DNA of 64,000 nucleotides from Planctomycetota bacterium (GTDB taxonomy: Bacteria; Planctomycetota; Brocadiia; JAADGH01), in contig JBFMAD010000001.1 in the NCBI GenBank assembly GCA_040755855.1, positions 32,001 through 96,000 of the forward strand, in the 5' to 3' direction. The notes beneath the pieces were generated by a model. It was not told where the DNA came from. It saw only the letters and a program-made list of their open reading frames with translations, and did no database searches. Shown here piece after piece: positions 10,267-19,183 of the stretch. The stretch's first letter is position 1; each line of letters opens with the position of its first letter. The position numbers and the translations under genes were made by a program.

Positions 10267-11298
10267 ATGGTCGAGATTCCCGACGTCAACTTCTTTCTCT
10301 TTGGGATCGGCCCGCGCGAGAAGTTCCTGTATCGCAACGGAAAGTTGTTCCGCGCCCGCACGGGCGAACTGCACATGGAATGGGACGCCGTTGCGGAAAC
10401 CATTGACCCGACCGCATACACTGTGGAACTGAAGACCGCAAGCGGGGAGACCATACGCATCGAAGAGGATGAGGAAGGGGTGTGGCTGGACCGCAACGGC
10501 CGCCAGGAACCCCTGACGCAGGGGGCGGTGAAACTCCCGACCTTTGCAGGGCATCCCTATCGGGAACCCCTGCGCGTCACTCACCACGAGATTCTGGTGA
10601 ACATCATCGGCGGGCGGCCCGTGCCGAATTTCCTGGTTTACCCCAAGCCGTGGTACCGCGACGCGGCAATGATGGCTATGGTATTGGAGAAAACCGGCAA
10701 CACGGCGCTGATTCAGAACTGGGTGATGGGGCTGCGCGAACCGTTTGACCGGAACAACGCGGGCCACCGCGAGCCGGACAACCTCGGACAGGCGCTTTAC
10801 ATGATCTCGTTGGTCAGCGATCGGTCGCACCGTCTCGTGGACCTGATCCTGGACACCGCTGAGGAGTTTCACCACGGCGACCACATCAACGGAATCACCG
10901 ACGGGGGTGAGCACCCGGCCTATCAGACGAAGTGGCTCAAGTTCGGTTTGAGGTCGTTAGGACTCAGCGATTCGTATGTCGTTCCGAACGTGGAAGACCC
11001 CTACTCGAGCCTCGTCTGGTGGGTGTATAAGGATCGAGGCCGGCCGACGAATAAGCGCTATTTCGAGTCGAATGAACTCTATCCATATCTGTCCTGGGCG
11101 GAGGCGCACTTTCACGGCGCGCCGCCGCCGATGCGCCTTGCGGGCAAGCGCTATCCGATGACCTGGGAGGCCCAGGCCAGCCAGGCTCGCTACGAGGGCA
11201 TGCGCCTCATTGATCCGCAATTCGTGGAACGGAAACTCTCCGTGCCCCACACGTGGCACGCGGCGGAGATGTTTCTGTATCTGTTTGATCTGAAATAG
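10267..11298 (+). CDS. Hypothetical protein, possible six-hairpin glycosidase-like fold
   Basis: PWYRDAAM and C-terminal HTWHAAEMFLYL resemble (alpha/alpha)6 enzyme motifs; last gene of the cluster. Confidence 0.5.
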   Translation: MVEIPDVNFFLFGIGPREKFLYRNGKLFRARTGELHMEWDAVAETIDPTAYTVELKTASGETIRIEEDEEGVWLDRNGRQEPLTQGAVKLPTFAGHPYREPLRVTHHEILVNIIGGRPVPNFLVYPKPWYRDAAMMAMVLEKTGNTALIQNWVMGLREPFDRNNAGHREPDNLGQALYMISLVSDRSHRLVDLILDTAEEFHHGDHINGITDGGEHPAYQTKWLKFGLRSLGLSDSYVVPNVEDPYSSLVWWVYKDRGRPTNKRYFESNELYPYLSWAEAHFHGAPPPMRLAGKRYPMTWEAQASQARYEGMRLIDPQFVERKLSVPHTWHAAEMFLYLFDLK

Positions 11299-11588
11299 GT
11301 TATCCCAAACCTCGATCGTCGCTGCCTTTCCCTTTCACATATTATCTGATATGCTTAACTACTGTTTTAAACGATTGTTATGCTTCTATTATTGACATTC
11401 ATCCTGATTCATTCCGTGATTTCCGCCGCACTGCCCGCGCGCGTCAATATCAAGCGCTTAACTATCAGTAGCATACGGTATTATATAGGTCTGACTTATA
11501 TTCGTTCGGAAGCGCCATGTCGTTGATTTTTGCGCGAGGACGAGTAAGATGATACGCGCGTACCTGTTTATCCGAGGGAGACGCCAAC

Positions 11589-12470
11589 ATGGTGGGTACC
11601 GAGCCGGTCCGCCGGACGCGAAAGACCCCGTTCATCAAGCTGTTCGACCGCACGCCGCCGGGGATCGTGTGCCCGCATTTCTACATCTTGTCCCACGCGA
11701 ACGGCTGCCCCTTCTCGTGCGACTATTGCTACCTGCGGCTGACGCTACGCTACGTGGAGCGGCTGGAGGTCTTCACGAACCTCGACGACCTGCGGCGCGA
11801 GATGGCCGCGTTTCTGTCGAGCATGATCCCGGCGGTGGTGAGCTGTGGGTCGCTTTCCGACGGACTTGCCTTCGACCACATCAACGGCCTCTCGCGGCTC
11901 CTTGTCCCGATGTTCGCCAGGCAGGACCGGCACACGCTGATCTTCGTGACGAAATCGCTGAACATCGGGAACCTGCTCGATCTCGATCCGATGCCGTGGG
12001 TCGTCGCGTCCTTCTCCGTGAATTGTGACGCCGTGTCGCGCCGGTATGAGAAGGGCGCGCCGAGTCCGCGGCAGCGACTCGCGGCGGCGCGGCGGCTGAA
12101 GGACGCCGGGTGGCGAATCCGTCTGCGGCTCGACCCGCTCCTGCCGATCGAGAACTGGCAGGGCGAGTATGCGGCGATCATTGACGAGATCAACGCGCTG
12201 CAGCCGGAGATCGTGACGCTCCTCGGATTTTTTTACTTTCCCAAAATTTTGCAGCACGTCCGCGAAGGGCGGGAGATTTTCTCCTTAGCCCGCGAGATCG
12301 GCGTGGACAACCGCCGCCGCATCCCGCACCCGGCGCGCCTCGCCCTCTATCGTTTCTGCCTCGACCGCTTGTCGGTTCCCGCCGTCGGTCTCTGCAAGGA
12401 GACATTGAAGATGTACGCCGACCTTGGTCTGGACCCCGGGCATGTAACGTGCAACTGTGGAACGGGGTAA
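11589..12470 (+). CDS. Spore photoproduct lyase-like radical SAM protein
   Basis: ANGCPFSCDYCYL (CxxxCxxC), VFTNLDD, GSLSDGLAFDH, FVTKS, EKGAPSPRQRLAAA, RLDPLLP. Confidence 0.8.
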   Translation: MVGTEPVRRTRKTPFIKLFDRTPPGIVCPHFYILSHANGCPFSCDYCYLRLTLRYVERLEVFTNLDDLRREMAAFLSSMIPAVVSCGSLSDGLAFDHINGLSRLLVPMFARQDRHTLIFVTKSLNIGNLLDLDPMPWVVASFSVNCDAVSRRYEKGAPSPRQRLAAARRLKDAGWRIRLRLDPLLPIENWQGEYAAIIDEINALQPEIVTLLGFFYFPKILQHVREGREIFSLAREIGVDNRRRIPHPARLALYRFCLDRLSVPAVGLCKETLKMYADLGLDPGHVTCNCGTG

Positions 12471-12639
12471 AATAACTGTCTTCGAATCACCGAGACGTGT
12501 CTGAGCCTTGCTGCGTTGGACAGGTTCCCCACCTACAACAATTGACAGTGATCCCAAGCATCGAGGAAAAATAGCGCCCTGTCGGCATGCGCCGACATGG
12601 CCTGAACTCCGGCGAGTTCGGCTGCGACCCCCAAGCGGG

Positions 12640-12669
12640 TTGATTTCGCCGCCTCGGCTGTGGTAAACT
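12640..12669 (+). promoter_or_regulatory. Sigma70-type promoter for greA
   Basis: TTGATT-18 bp-TAAACT with an extended -10 TG. Confidence 0.4.
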
Positions 12670-12711
12670 CAACCTGTGTGGACTGTCCCATCGGACCGGA
12701 GAGGCGTTGAC

Positions 12712-14892
12712 ATGACCGATCAGGAAAACGAACTTTCCCCCGCAACCAAGCGACTGCAAAAGCTGGCGAAGTCGAGGCTGTACGACGAACTCGAATCCGC
12801 CTGGCTCGAGACCGTCCAGGCCGACCCGCGATGCGCCGACGACCTCTTTCCCGTCTTTGACCTGCTCGTTCGCCGCGGGGACACCGAACTGGCCGAGTCG
12901 CTCCTCAGCTACCTGCTGATCGAGCAGGCCGAGCGGCTCGGCGCGAAGGACGCCGTGGCGACGATCGCCAAGGCCGCGGCCCGGCTGCCCGGCAGCGCCT
13001 CGCTCCGCGGGGAGGCCGTCGAGCTTTACCGCAGCGCCCACGCCTCCCGCCCCGCCGTCGAGGCGATGATCCAGGCGACGGTCGCCGCTGACGATACGCC
13101 CCTGCCCGACGCCATCGCGCGCCTTGAGAAACTCCTTGCCCTGGAACCAGGAACATATATCCTGGACGAGAAGGCCCCGGGCCGCGTCGTCCGGTTCGAC
13201 GAGGAGGCCAAGGCGCTGGTCGTCGAATTTGCCGACGGCGAAAGGCGGTATGATGCGGCCTCGATCAAGGGATTGCTGATCCTCGATCCGAACGACTTCC
13301 GCGCCCTGGCCGCGTTCGATCGGCCGCGCCTGCAGCGGCTCGCCGCGGAGGACCCCGGCGAGCTGGTGGCTGCCCTCATGCGCGCCTTCGGCAGGGAGCT
13401 GACCTACCGCGACATCCGTGAGCGGCTGAAGGACGTCCTCGACGTCTCGTGGAATACATGGTGGGCGGACGCGAAGGTGAAGATCAGGCGCTCGCCGTGG
13501 CTCGATGTCTCCGAGGGGACGCAGCCGAAGTTCACCCTCCGTCGCGCACCGGTGGCCGTGGAGGAGCGCATCCGCGAGGATTTCGACTCGGCGAAGTCGA
13601 GCGAGAGAAAGTTGGCCACGGTGCTCGACTACGTGGAAGGCATGAAGGGGGAGGACCGAGACGTCCTCCAGCGCTTCGCCGCGAATCTCGCGTCCATCAT
13701 GCGGGATGCCGTGGCAACCGAACCGGCGGTCGCCGTTGCGGGGCTGGCCGTCATCCACCACCTGCACGAGCGATTCCCCGATCTTCCACCGGAGGCCCTT
13801 CCATCGTTGGCGGAGGTTCTTTCGGTCCTACGAGACCCATCCGACACGCTCCGGTTCACTCAGGACGACCGCCTGTCGTCGCGCGTCCTTGCGTTCCTCC
13901 GCGCCTCGCTTCCCGATCGGTGGCATGAGTGGTATGCGGGGGCCCTGCCCGGCGCTTCGGCGGCGGCATGTGACCTGATCGCCCAGGAGATTGTCAAGGC
14001 TGGGCATGAGGACGCGCTGAAGGCCGCGGCGTCGCGGGTCGTGGCGGAGCCGGAGCGAGGCCCCCTGGCCCTCGTCTGGCTCTGGAAGGCGGTCGGCGCA
14101 GGCGAGCACCCGAACGCGCTCCAGCACATTGACGGGGTGGCCGTGCTGCTGGGCCTTCTCCGTCTGGCCCACGATACGAAGCGGAAGGGTGGGCGGGACG
14201 AGGGGGCGCTCGCAGAGATTCGAGGGGCGCTGTCGGCGAGGGAGTATGCCACGGTCCGGCGGGTCGTCTCCGAAATCGGGGCGCACCGGGCGCAGGAGGT
14301 TCGGGACGCCGCCGAGCGAAATCTGGGGCTGAGCGATCACGCCAAGGCGGAAATCCTCCATGCCCTGTATGAAACGCACGGGGATTTGTTTAAAGAAATT
14401 GTGCCGCCCTGGGAGGAGGAGGTCATCTACACCACGCGGGAAGGTCTCCAGCGCCGCCGAGAGGAGCATGCCCGTCTGGTGAACATTGATCTGGACCAGG
14501 CGGAGAGGGACGTCGGCAGGGCCGCGTCCTTCGGCGACCTGAGCGAGAACGCCGAATACACCGCCGCCCTGGAGCAGCGGGACCGCCTGGCGCGGAAGGC
14601 GGGGATGATGGTGGCGGAGCTGTCGAAGGCGCGGGCGATCACGCAGGCCATGGTCCATACCGATCACGTCACCGTCGGCGTGCGGGTAAAGACCCGGAAC
14701 CTGAACACCGGAGCGGAGGAGATATTCACCTTCCTCGGTCCGTGGGACGCCGACGCGGAGAAGGGGATTTACTCCTACCTCGCGCCTCTGAGCCTGGCCT
14801 TTATGGGCAAGACCGTCGGGGACACGGTGTCCTTCAGCGTGAACAGTGACGAGCGGAAATGGGAGGTCGTCGAGATCGCCAGCGCAATCTGA
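12712..14892 (+). CDS. greA: Transcription elongation factor GreA, long form with ~560-aa N-terminal extension
   Basis: C-terminal FGDLSENAEY and FLGPWDAD..GIYSYLAPL are canonical GreA. ATG at 12712 follows GGAGAGG. Confidence 0.85.
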   Translation: MTDQENELSPATKRLQKLAKSRLYDELESAWLETVQADPRCADDLFPVFDLLVRRGDTELAESLLSYLLIEQAERLGAKDAVATIAKAAARLPGSASLRGEAVELYRSAHASRPAVEAMIQATVAADDTPLPDAIARLEKLLALEPGTYILDEKAPGRVVRFDEEAKALVVEFADGERRYDAASIKGLLILDPNDFRALAAFDRPRLQRLAAEDPGELVAALMRAFGRELTYRDIRERLKDVLDVSWNTWWADAKVKIRRSPWLDVSEGTQPKFTLRRAPVAVEERIREDFDSAKSSERKLATVLDYVEGMKGEDRDVLQRFAANLASIMRDAVATEPAVAVAGLAVIHHLHERFPDLPPEALPSLAEVLSVLRDPSDTLRFTQDDRLSSRVLAFLRASLPDRWHEWYAGALPGASAAACDLIAQEIVKAGHEDALKAAASRVVAEPERGPLALVWLWKAVGAGEHPNALQHIDGVAVLLGLLRLAHDTKRKGGRDEGALAEIRGALSAREYATVRRVVSEIGAHRAQEVRDAAERNLGLSDHAKAEILHALYETHGDLFKEIVPPWEEEVIYTTREGLQRRREEHARLVNIDLDQAERDVGRAASFGDLSENAEYTAALEQRDRLARKAGMMVAELSKARAITQAMVHTDHVTVGVRVKTRNLNTGAEEIFTFLGPWDADAEKGIYSYLAPLSLAFMGKTVGDTVSFSVNSDERKWEVVEIASAI

Positions 14893-14910
14893 TTGTTCGG
14901 GAGAAGAGAT

Positions 14911-15900
14911 ATGTCTTGCGGGAAGAAACGGACAGATGGGCTGTGCGGGGCTGCGGTTGCGCTCCAGGCCCGGCAATTGTTGGGGGCGATCTGCGTCCTC
15001 GGGGGGGCCGACTGCCCGTTGATAGGGAAGAAAAAGGCGGATACATTTCTCAAGAAGATCAAGGCCGACCCGACCGTCGCCATCCGTCTGGAGTCCGACG
15101 CCGACGCGATCTCGCACTACACGTCCCTGAGCGATGAGGACTACGCAAACCTGGATAAGGAAACCGTGTTCAACCGGAAGCGCGACCTCGATGTCCTGCA
15201 GCGCCTGGGGCTTGCCCCCGGCGACACGCGGCGGTCGCGCTGCCTGATCGAGCTGCTCTTCCAGCGCATTGAGACGCCCGACGGCATCTGCGCGTACGAC
15301 ACGTCCGGATGGGAGGGCTGCCCGCAGGCGCGGAGCGGGGCCTACGAGAGCGTCCGCGCAAAGGGATGGAAGGCGGTTGTCTATGACCGGCCTGAGGAGG
15401 AGAAGGCCGACTATCGGCGGCGGAGCGTGGAGCGCATTGAGAAGGACGGGCGGCTATTCATCCGCCCGCATCACCTGATGTGCCTGAGCTGCTGGGTAGG
15501 TGGCAGCGGCGGGGAGGGATTGCGCGGGAACGATACGCTGGCTGAGATTTACCGGCGGGTCACGAAAGACCCGGATGTTCGGATCACCCTTGTTGAAGGC
15601 TGCTGCGAGGCGTGCAACTGTTGCGACGGATTTCACCCCGAGACAACCCGATGCGTCCACGCCTGCGGCCTGATTCGTGATTACAAGAAGGACCTGGACG
15701 TCTTCCAGAAACTCGGCCTCATGCCCGGCGCGACGCTCTCCGCCCGCGAGGTGTTTGGGCTGTTGTATGAGCGCATCACATCTACAAGGGAGATATGCGG
15801 CTACGGCGACGGTGTCGTCCGATCGGAGGAGTGGCGGATCTGCGGCGGGCCGGACGGCAATGCAGGCTACGCCAAGGCTCGCGACATGTGGATACGCTAA
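14911..15900 (+). CDS. Tandem DUF1284-like Cys-rich metal-binding protein
   Basis: RPHHLMC..ITLVEGCCEACNCC..KDLDVFQKLGL..ICG in the second half; a degenerate copy in the first half. Confidence 0.65.
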   Translation: MSCGKKRTDGLCGAAVALQARQLLGAICVLGGADCPLIGKKKADTFLKKIKADPTVAIRLESDADAISHYTSLSDEDYANLDKETVFNRKRDLDVLQRLGLAPGDTRRSRCLIELLFQRIETPDGICAYDTSGWEGCPQARSGAYESVRAKGWKAVVYDRPEEEKADYRRRSVERIEKDGRLFIRPHHLMCLSCWVGGSGGEGLRGNDTLAEIYRRVTKDPDVRITLVEGCCEACNCCDGFHPETTRCVHACGLIRDYKKDLDVFQKLGLMPGATLSAREVFGLLYERITSTREICGYGDGVVRSEEWRICGGPDGNAGYAKARDMWIR

Positions 15901-16008
15901 ACCAGCATAATATTGAGGCTTGCATAAGTAAAGGAATGAGAGAATGTCCGAGTAGCCTGCGGCGGCACGAAGACGCGGACTAAAAACCGCGGCTACAAAT
16001 GCGATTTT

Positions 16009-17460
16009 TCACGGCTTATCCAACCCAAACCGCATTGCCAACTCCGCCGGCGCAGCGATGGACTTCAGCGTCTCGACCATTAAATGTTGCATGCGGCGGA
16101 GCGCCTTCAGATCGGACGCCGCGATGTTCCTTTCCTGGTCCGGGTCGGACGGGAGATGGTACAACTGCGTCTCGTTTTTTCCGCCCGCCGTGTTCGCGTT
16201 CTTCGGACCGACCAGCCGCCGCGTCCCGTCGAACGGTCCCCAGTCGTCGGAACTCCACTTGCTCTTGATAAGTGAGTAGGAATAGAGCGGCGGGTTCGAT
16301 GGCGCCACTCCCTGGAAGAGGACGTACTCCTTGTCCGTGATATTGCACGTGCACCGGAACTCGCCGAAGAGGATCGCGTCCCGATTGTCCTTTGCGTCGG
16401 GGTCTTTCAGCCAGGGAATGATGCTCTGGCCGTGCAGATTGTCGGGAACCTCCGACCCCAGGCCCACGGCCTCCATGATCGTCGGGAAGAAGTCAATCGG
16501 CTGGACGAACTGCCTCGGTTTCGTCCCGTGACCGAGCTCCGGATGCCAGACGATCAGCGGGATGTGCGAGATCTCGTCCATCAGGACCCAGTTTTTCCCC
16601 GTGCGGCCATGGCTGCCGTTGTGTGTGCCGTGGTCGGTGGTCAGGATGATCATCGTTTTGTCCATGATCCCCATGGCCTCCACCTGGTCAATGAAGTGGC
16701 CGAACCACCGATCGAGCATCGTAATCTCACCGGCGTACTGAGCCTGCACCTGCTTCAGTTCGGCCTCCGTCAGGTTCCCCTTCACAGGGGCGTATGGGGC
16801 GCAGACGAATTCCCTTCCGTTGTAATGCGGGTCGCCGTAAAGGTTTATGTAGTGCCGCGGCGGGTCCCACGGCTCGTGTGGGTCGAAGGAGTCAATCATT
16901 AGGAAGAAGTCCTTGTGCGCGGCGTTGTGCTGAATCCAGCGCGTCGCCCGCGAGAAGACCTGCGGGCTGAACCAATCCCTCTCCTCCCTGCGAAAGTACT
17001 GACAATTGCGGAAGTGCGGCTCATCCGCCCGGTTGTGCGGGGGATAATCCAGCGCCCGGTGCTCGAACTGCACGTCGGCGTCGGTGATGTAGCCGTCGCG
17101 CTCCTGTCCGCGCACGAGGTCGAAGCCGGTAAAGTCGGCCCAGTAGTTCCCTGCATCGCGGCCCCAGTGGTGGTAAACGTCGGTGATGAAGTAGGACACC
17201 TTTCCCGCAGCGCGGACCTTCCCCGCCACGGTGACATCGGTCGGCTCCAGCCCGCCCCAGCCTCGCCAGGGGAACTCGTACCGCCCCGTGGCGATGTCGC
17301 GCCGGCAGGGCAGCGTCGGGTAGGACGCGCAATACGCATTTTCAAAAACCGCCGACCTCTCGGCGAAGCGATTGATGTTCGGGGTGTGAATCCACTCGTT
17401 GCCATAGGCGCCCGAGTGGTCGCGCCGCCACGTATCGCAGACGATCAGAATAACGTTCAC
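16009..17460 (-). CDS. Sulfatase-like hydrolase (alkaline phosphatase superfamily) with TxPxR motif
   Basis: GTG start at 17460 after GAGGAG; NVILIVCDTWRRD, TPNINRFA, PTLPCRRDIATG, FDPHEPWDPP, TTDHG. Confidence 0.85.
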   Translation of the reverse strand: MNVILIVCDTWRRDHSGAYGNEWIHTPNINRFAERSAVFENAYCASYPTLPCRRDIATGRYEFPWRGWGGLEPTDVTVAGKVRAAGKVSYFITDVYHHWGRDAGNYWADFTGFDLVRGQERDGYITDADVQFEHRALDYPPHNRADEPHFRNCQYFRREERDWFSPQVFSRATRWIQHNAAHKDFFLMIDSFDPHEPWDPPRHYINLYGDPHYNGREFVCAPYAPVKGNLTEAELKQVQAQYAGEITMLDRWFGHFIDQVEAMGIMDKTMIILTTDHGTHNGSHGRTGKNWVLMDEISHIPLIVWHPELGHGTKPRQFVQPIDFFPTIMEAVGLGSEVPDNLHGQSIIPWLKDPDAKDNRDAILFGEFRCTCNITDKEYVLFQGVAPSNPPLYSYSLIKSKWSSDDWGPFDGTRRLVGPKNANTAGGKNETQLYHLPSDPDQERNIAASDLKALRRMQHLMVETLKSIAAPAELAMRFGLDKP

Positions 17461-17655
17461 GATTCTTCTCCTCTTGATCCCAATTTCCGCATCCAAACGC
17501 CATGCCAGTTTGAGCAGCACTTATAATGCCGCCGAAGACCACATGTCAAGAGCGGGGATCACAGACGGTGTTGATGGATCGCTTTTCTGTTGACAGCTAT
17601 GGCCCCGCCGCATACCATTCCGGAAGGCATGTGTCTTCTGGCAGGAGTCCATCGA

Positions 17656-18981
17656 ATGAGAACAGTCACCGAGCCGAGCCGCGAGATACCCGTTTTCCGT
17701 GAGGTGGACGTCCTTGTCTGCGGCGGCGGGCCCGCCGGCGTGGGTGCGGCCATTGCTGCGGCGCGACATGGCGCAAAGACGTTGATCGTGGAATATCACA
17801 ACTGCCTCGGCGGCATGGCCACGAGCGGGATGATGAACCGCCTGGGCCCCTACCACGACCAGGAGAAGATCATACTCGGCGGCATCCCGTGGGAAGTGGT
17901 CGAGCGCCTCGCGGCGATGGGTGCGGCCCCCATGCCGGCGCCCTGCCCGCGTGATGAACCTGATCTATACTGGATCCCCTTCGACCCCGAGGCCCTGAAA
18001 TACATCCTCGACCAGATGGCTGAGGAGGCAGGGGCCGCGACGCTGTTTTATTCCCACGCCGTTGCCGTCTTCGGCGAACCCGGCCGACCGCAGGGCGTGA
18101 TCGTCGAAAGCAAGTCGGGCCGCCAAGCTATCCCTGCGAAGATTATCATTGACGCCACCGGAGATGGCGATGTTGCCGCGGCCGCCGGCGCGGACTTCGA
18201 GAAGGGGCGACCGGGCGACGGCCTGATGCAGCCCATGACGCTCCTCTTCAAGATGGCGAATCTCGATCGGAACAAGACAAAGGATTACCTGGTCAACAAC
18301 CGGAAGCGCATCTTCGAGGAGGCCAAGGCGAGAGGCGAGAATCTGCCGCCCTACATCGGCCCCGGCACGGACTGCCTGCTGCGCGCCGACGAGACCTTCT
18401 TCAACACCGATCAGGTCTTCGGCCACGACGGCGCGAACGCGAAAGATCTGAGTGAGGCCATGATCGCCGCGCGGCGCTTCATCTGGCAAAGCATGGAATA
18501 CGCAAAAACGAATATTTCCGGATACGAGAATGCCTATCTCTCAGCCACGGCGGCCCAGCTCGGTGTACGCGAGAGTCGCCGGGTTGTAGGCGAATACATA
18601 CTCACGGCCGAGGATGTCCTAAGCGCACGGAAATTCGACGACGCCATCGCCCGCTACGCCTGCTGGATTGACATCCACACAATCGCCCCCTCCCAGAAGC
18701 CAGGGCCGTACTCCGGCAAAGGGCCGGAGCCGGGAACGTCGTACGACATTCCTTACCGATGCCTCGTTCCCAAGGGCTTGGACAACCTCCTCGTCGCCGG
18801 CCGATGCTTCTCCGCCACCCACGAAGCCTTCGCCTCCGCCCGCATGATCCCCTGCTGCATGGCCATGGGCCAGGCGGCCGGCGCGGCGGCGGCGCTCTCG
18901 GCCGCGCAGGGCGTCCAACCGCGGTTCCTGGATATCAATATGCTCCAGGACACGCTGCGACAGGATAATGCCAAGGTATAG
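17656..18981 (+). CDS. FAD-dependent oxidoreductase (FAD_oxidored-like family)
   Basis: DVLVCGGGPAG, LGGMATSG, IDATGDGD, GVRESRR, YDIPYRCLVP, NLLVAGRC; RBS AGGAG before ATG 17656. Confidence 0.85.
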   Translation: MRTVTEPSREIPVFREVDVLVCGGGPAGVGAAIAAARHGAKTLIVEYHNCLGGMATSGMMNRLGPYHDQEKIILGGIPWEVVERLAAMGAAPMPAPCPRDEPDLYWIPFDPEALKYILDQMAEEAGAATLFYSHAVAVFGEPGRPQGVIVESKSGRQAIPAKIIIDATGDGDVAAAAGADFEKGRPGDGLMQPMTLLFKMANLDRNKTKDYLVNNRKRIFEEAKARGENLPPYIGPGTDCLLRADETFFNTDQVFGHDGANAKDLSEAMIAARRFIWQSMEYAKTNISGYENAYLSATAAQLGVRESRRVVGEYILTAEDVLSARKFDDAIARYACWIDIHTIAPSQKPGPYSGKGPEPGTSYDIPYRCLVPKGLDNLLVAGRCFSATHEAFASARMIPCCMAMGQAAGAAAALSAAQGVQPRFLDINMLQDTLRQDNAKV

Positions 18982-19183
18982 GCGGGTTGACCGGGGCGGC
19001 CCTAACGATCCTTGCGTCGCCCCCCCAAGTCTTGCTTCACTTTTCCACTCACTTGTGCTACATTTCGGATATGGAACTCGATGACGTGGGACATTCTCCC
19101 GCTCTTGGCGGCGGATGTCTGCGGGCATAATGCCGACAGGCGACCACCTGCACGATGATTGAATATGCTTGGAGAGAGAAACG

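Noticed and set aside
12579..12622. Short hairpins TGTCGGC/GCCGACA and GAACTC/GAGTTC between the SPL-like gene and greA
   Set aside because: Short GC-rich stems are expected by chance; no U-tract and no second copy.
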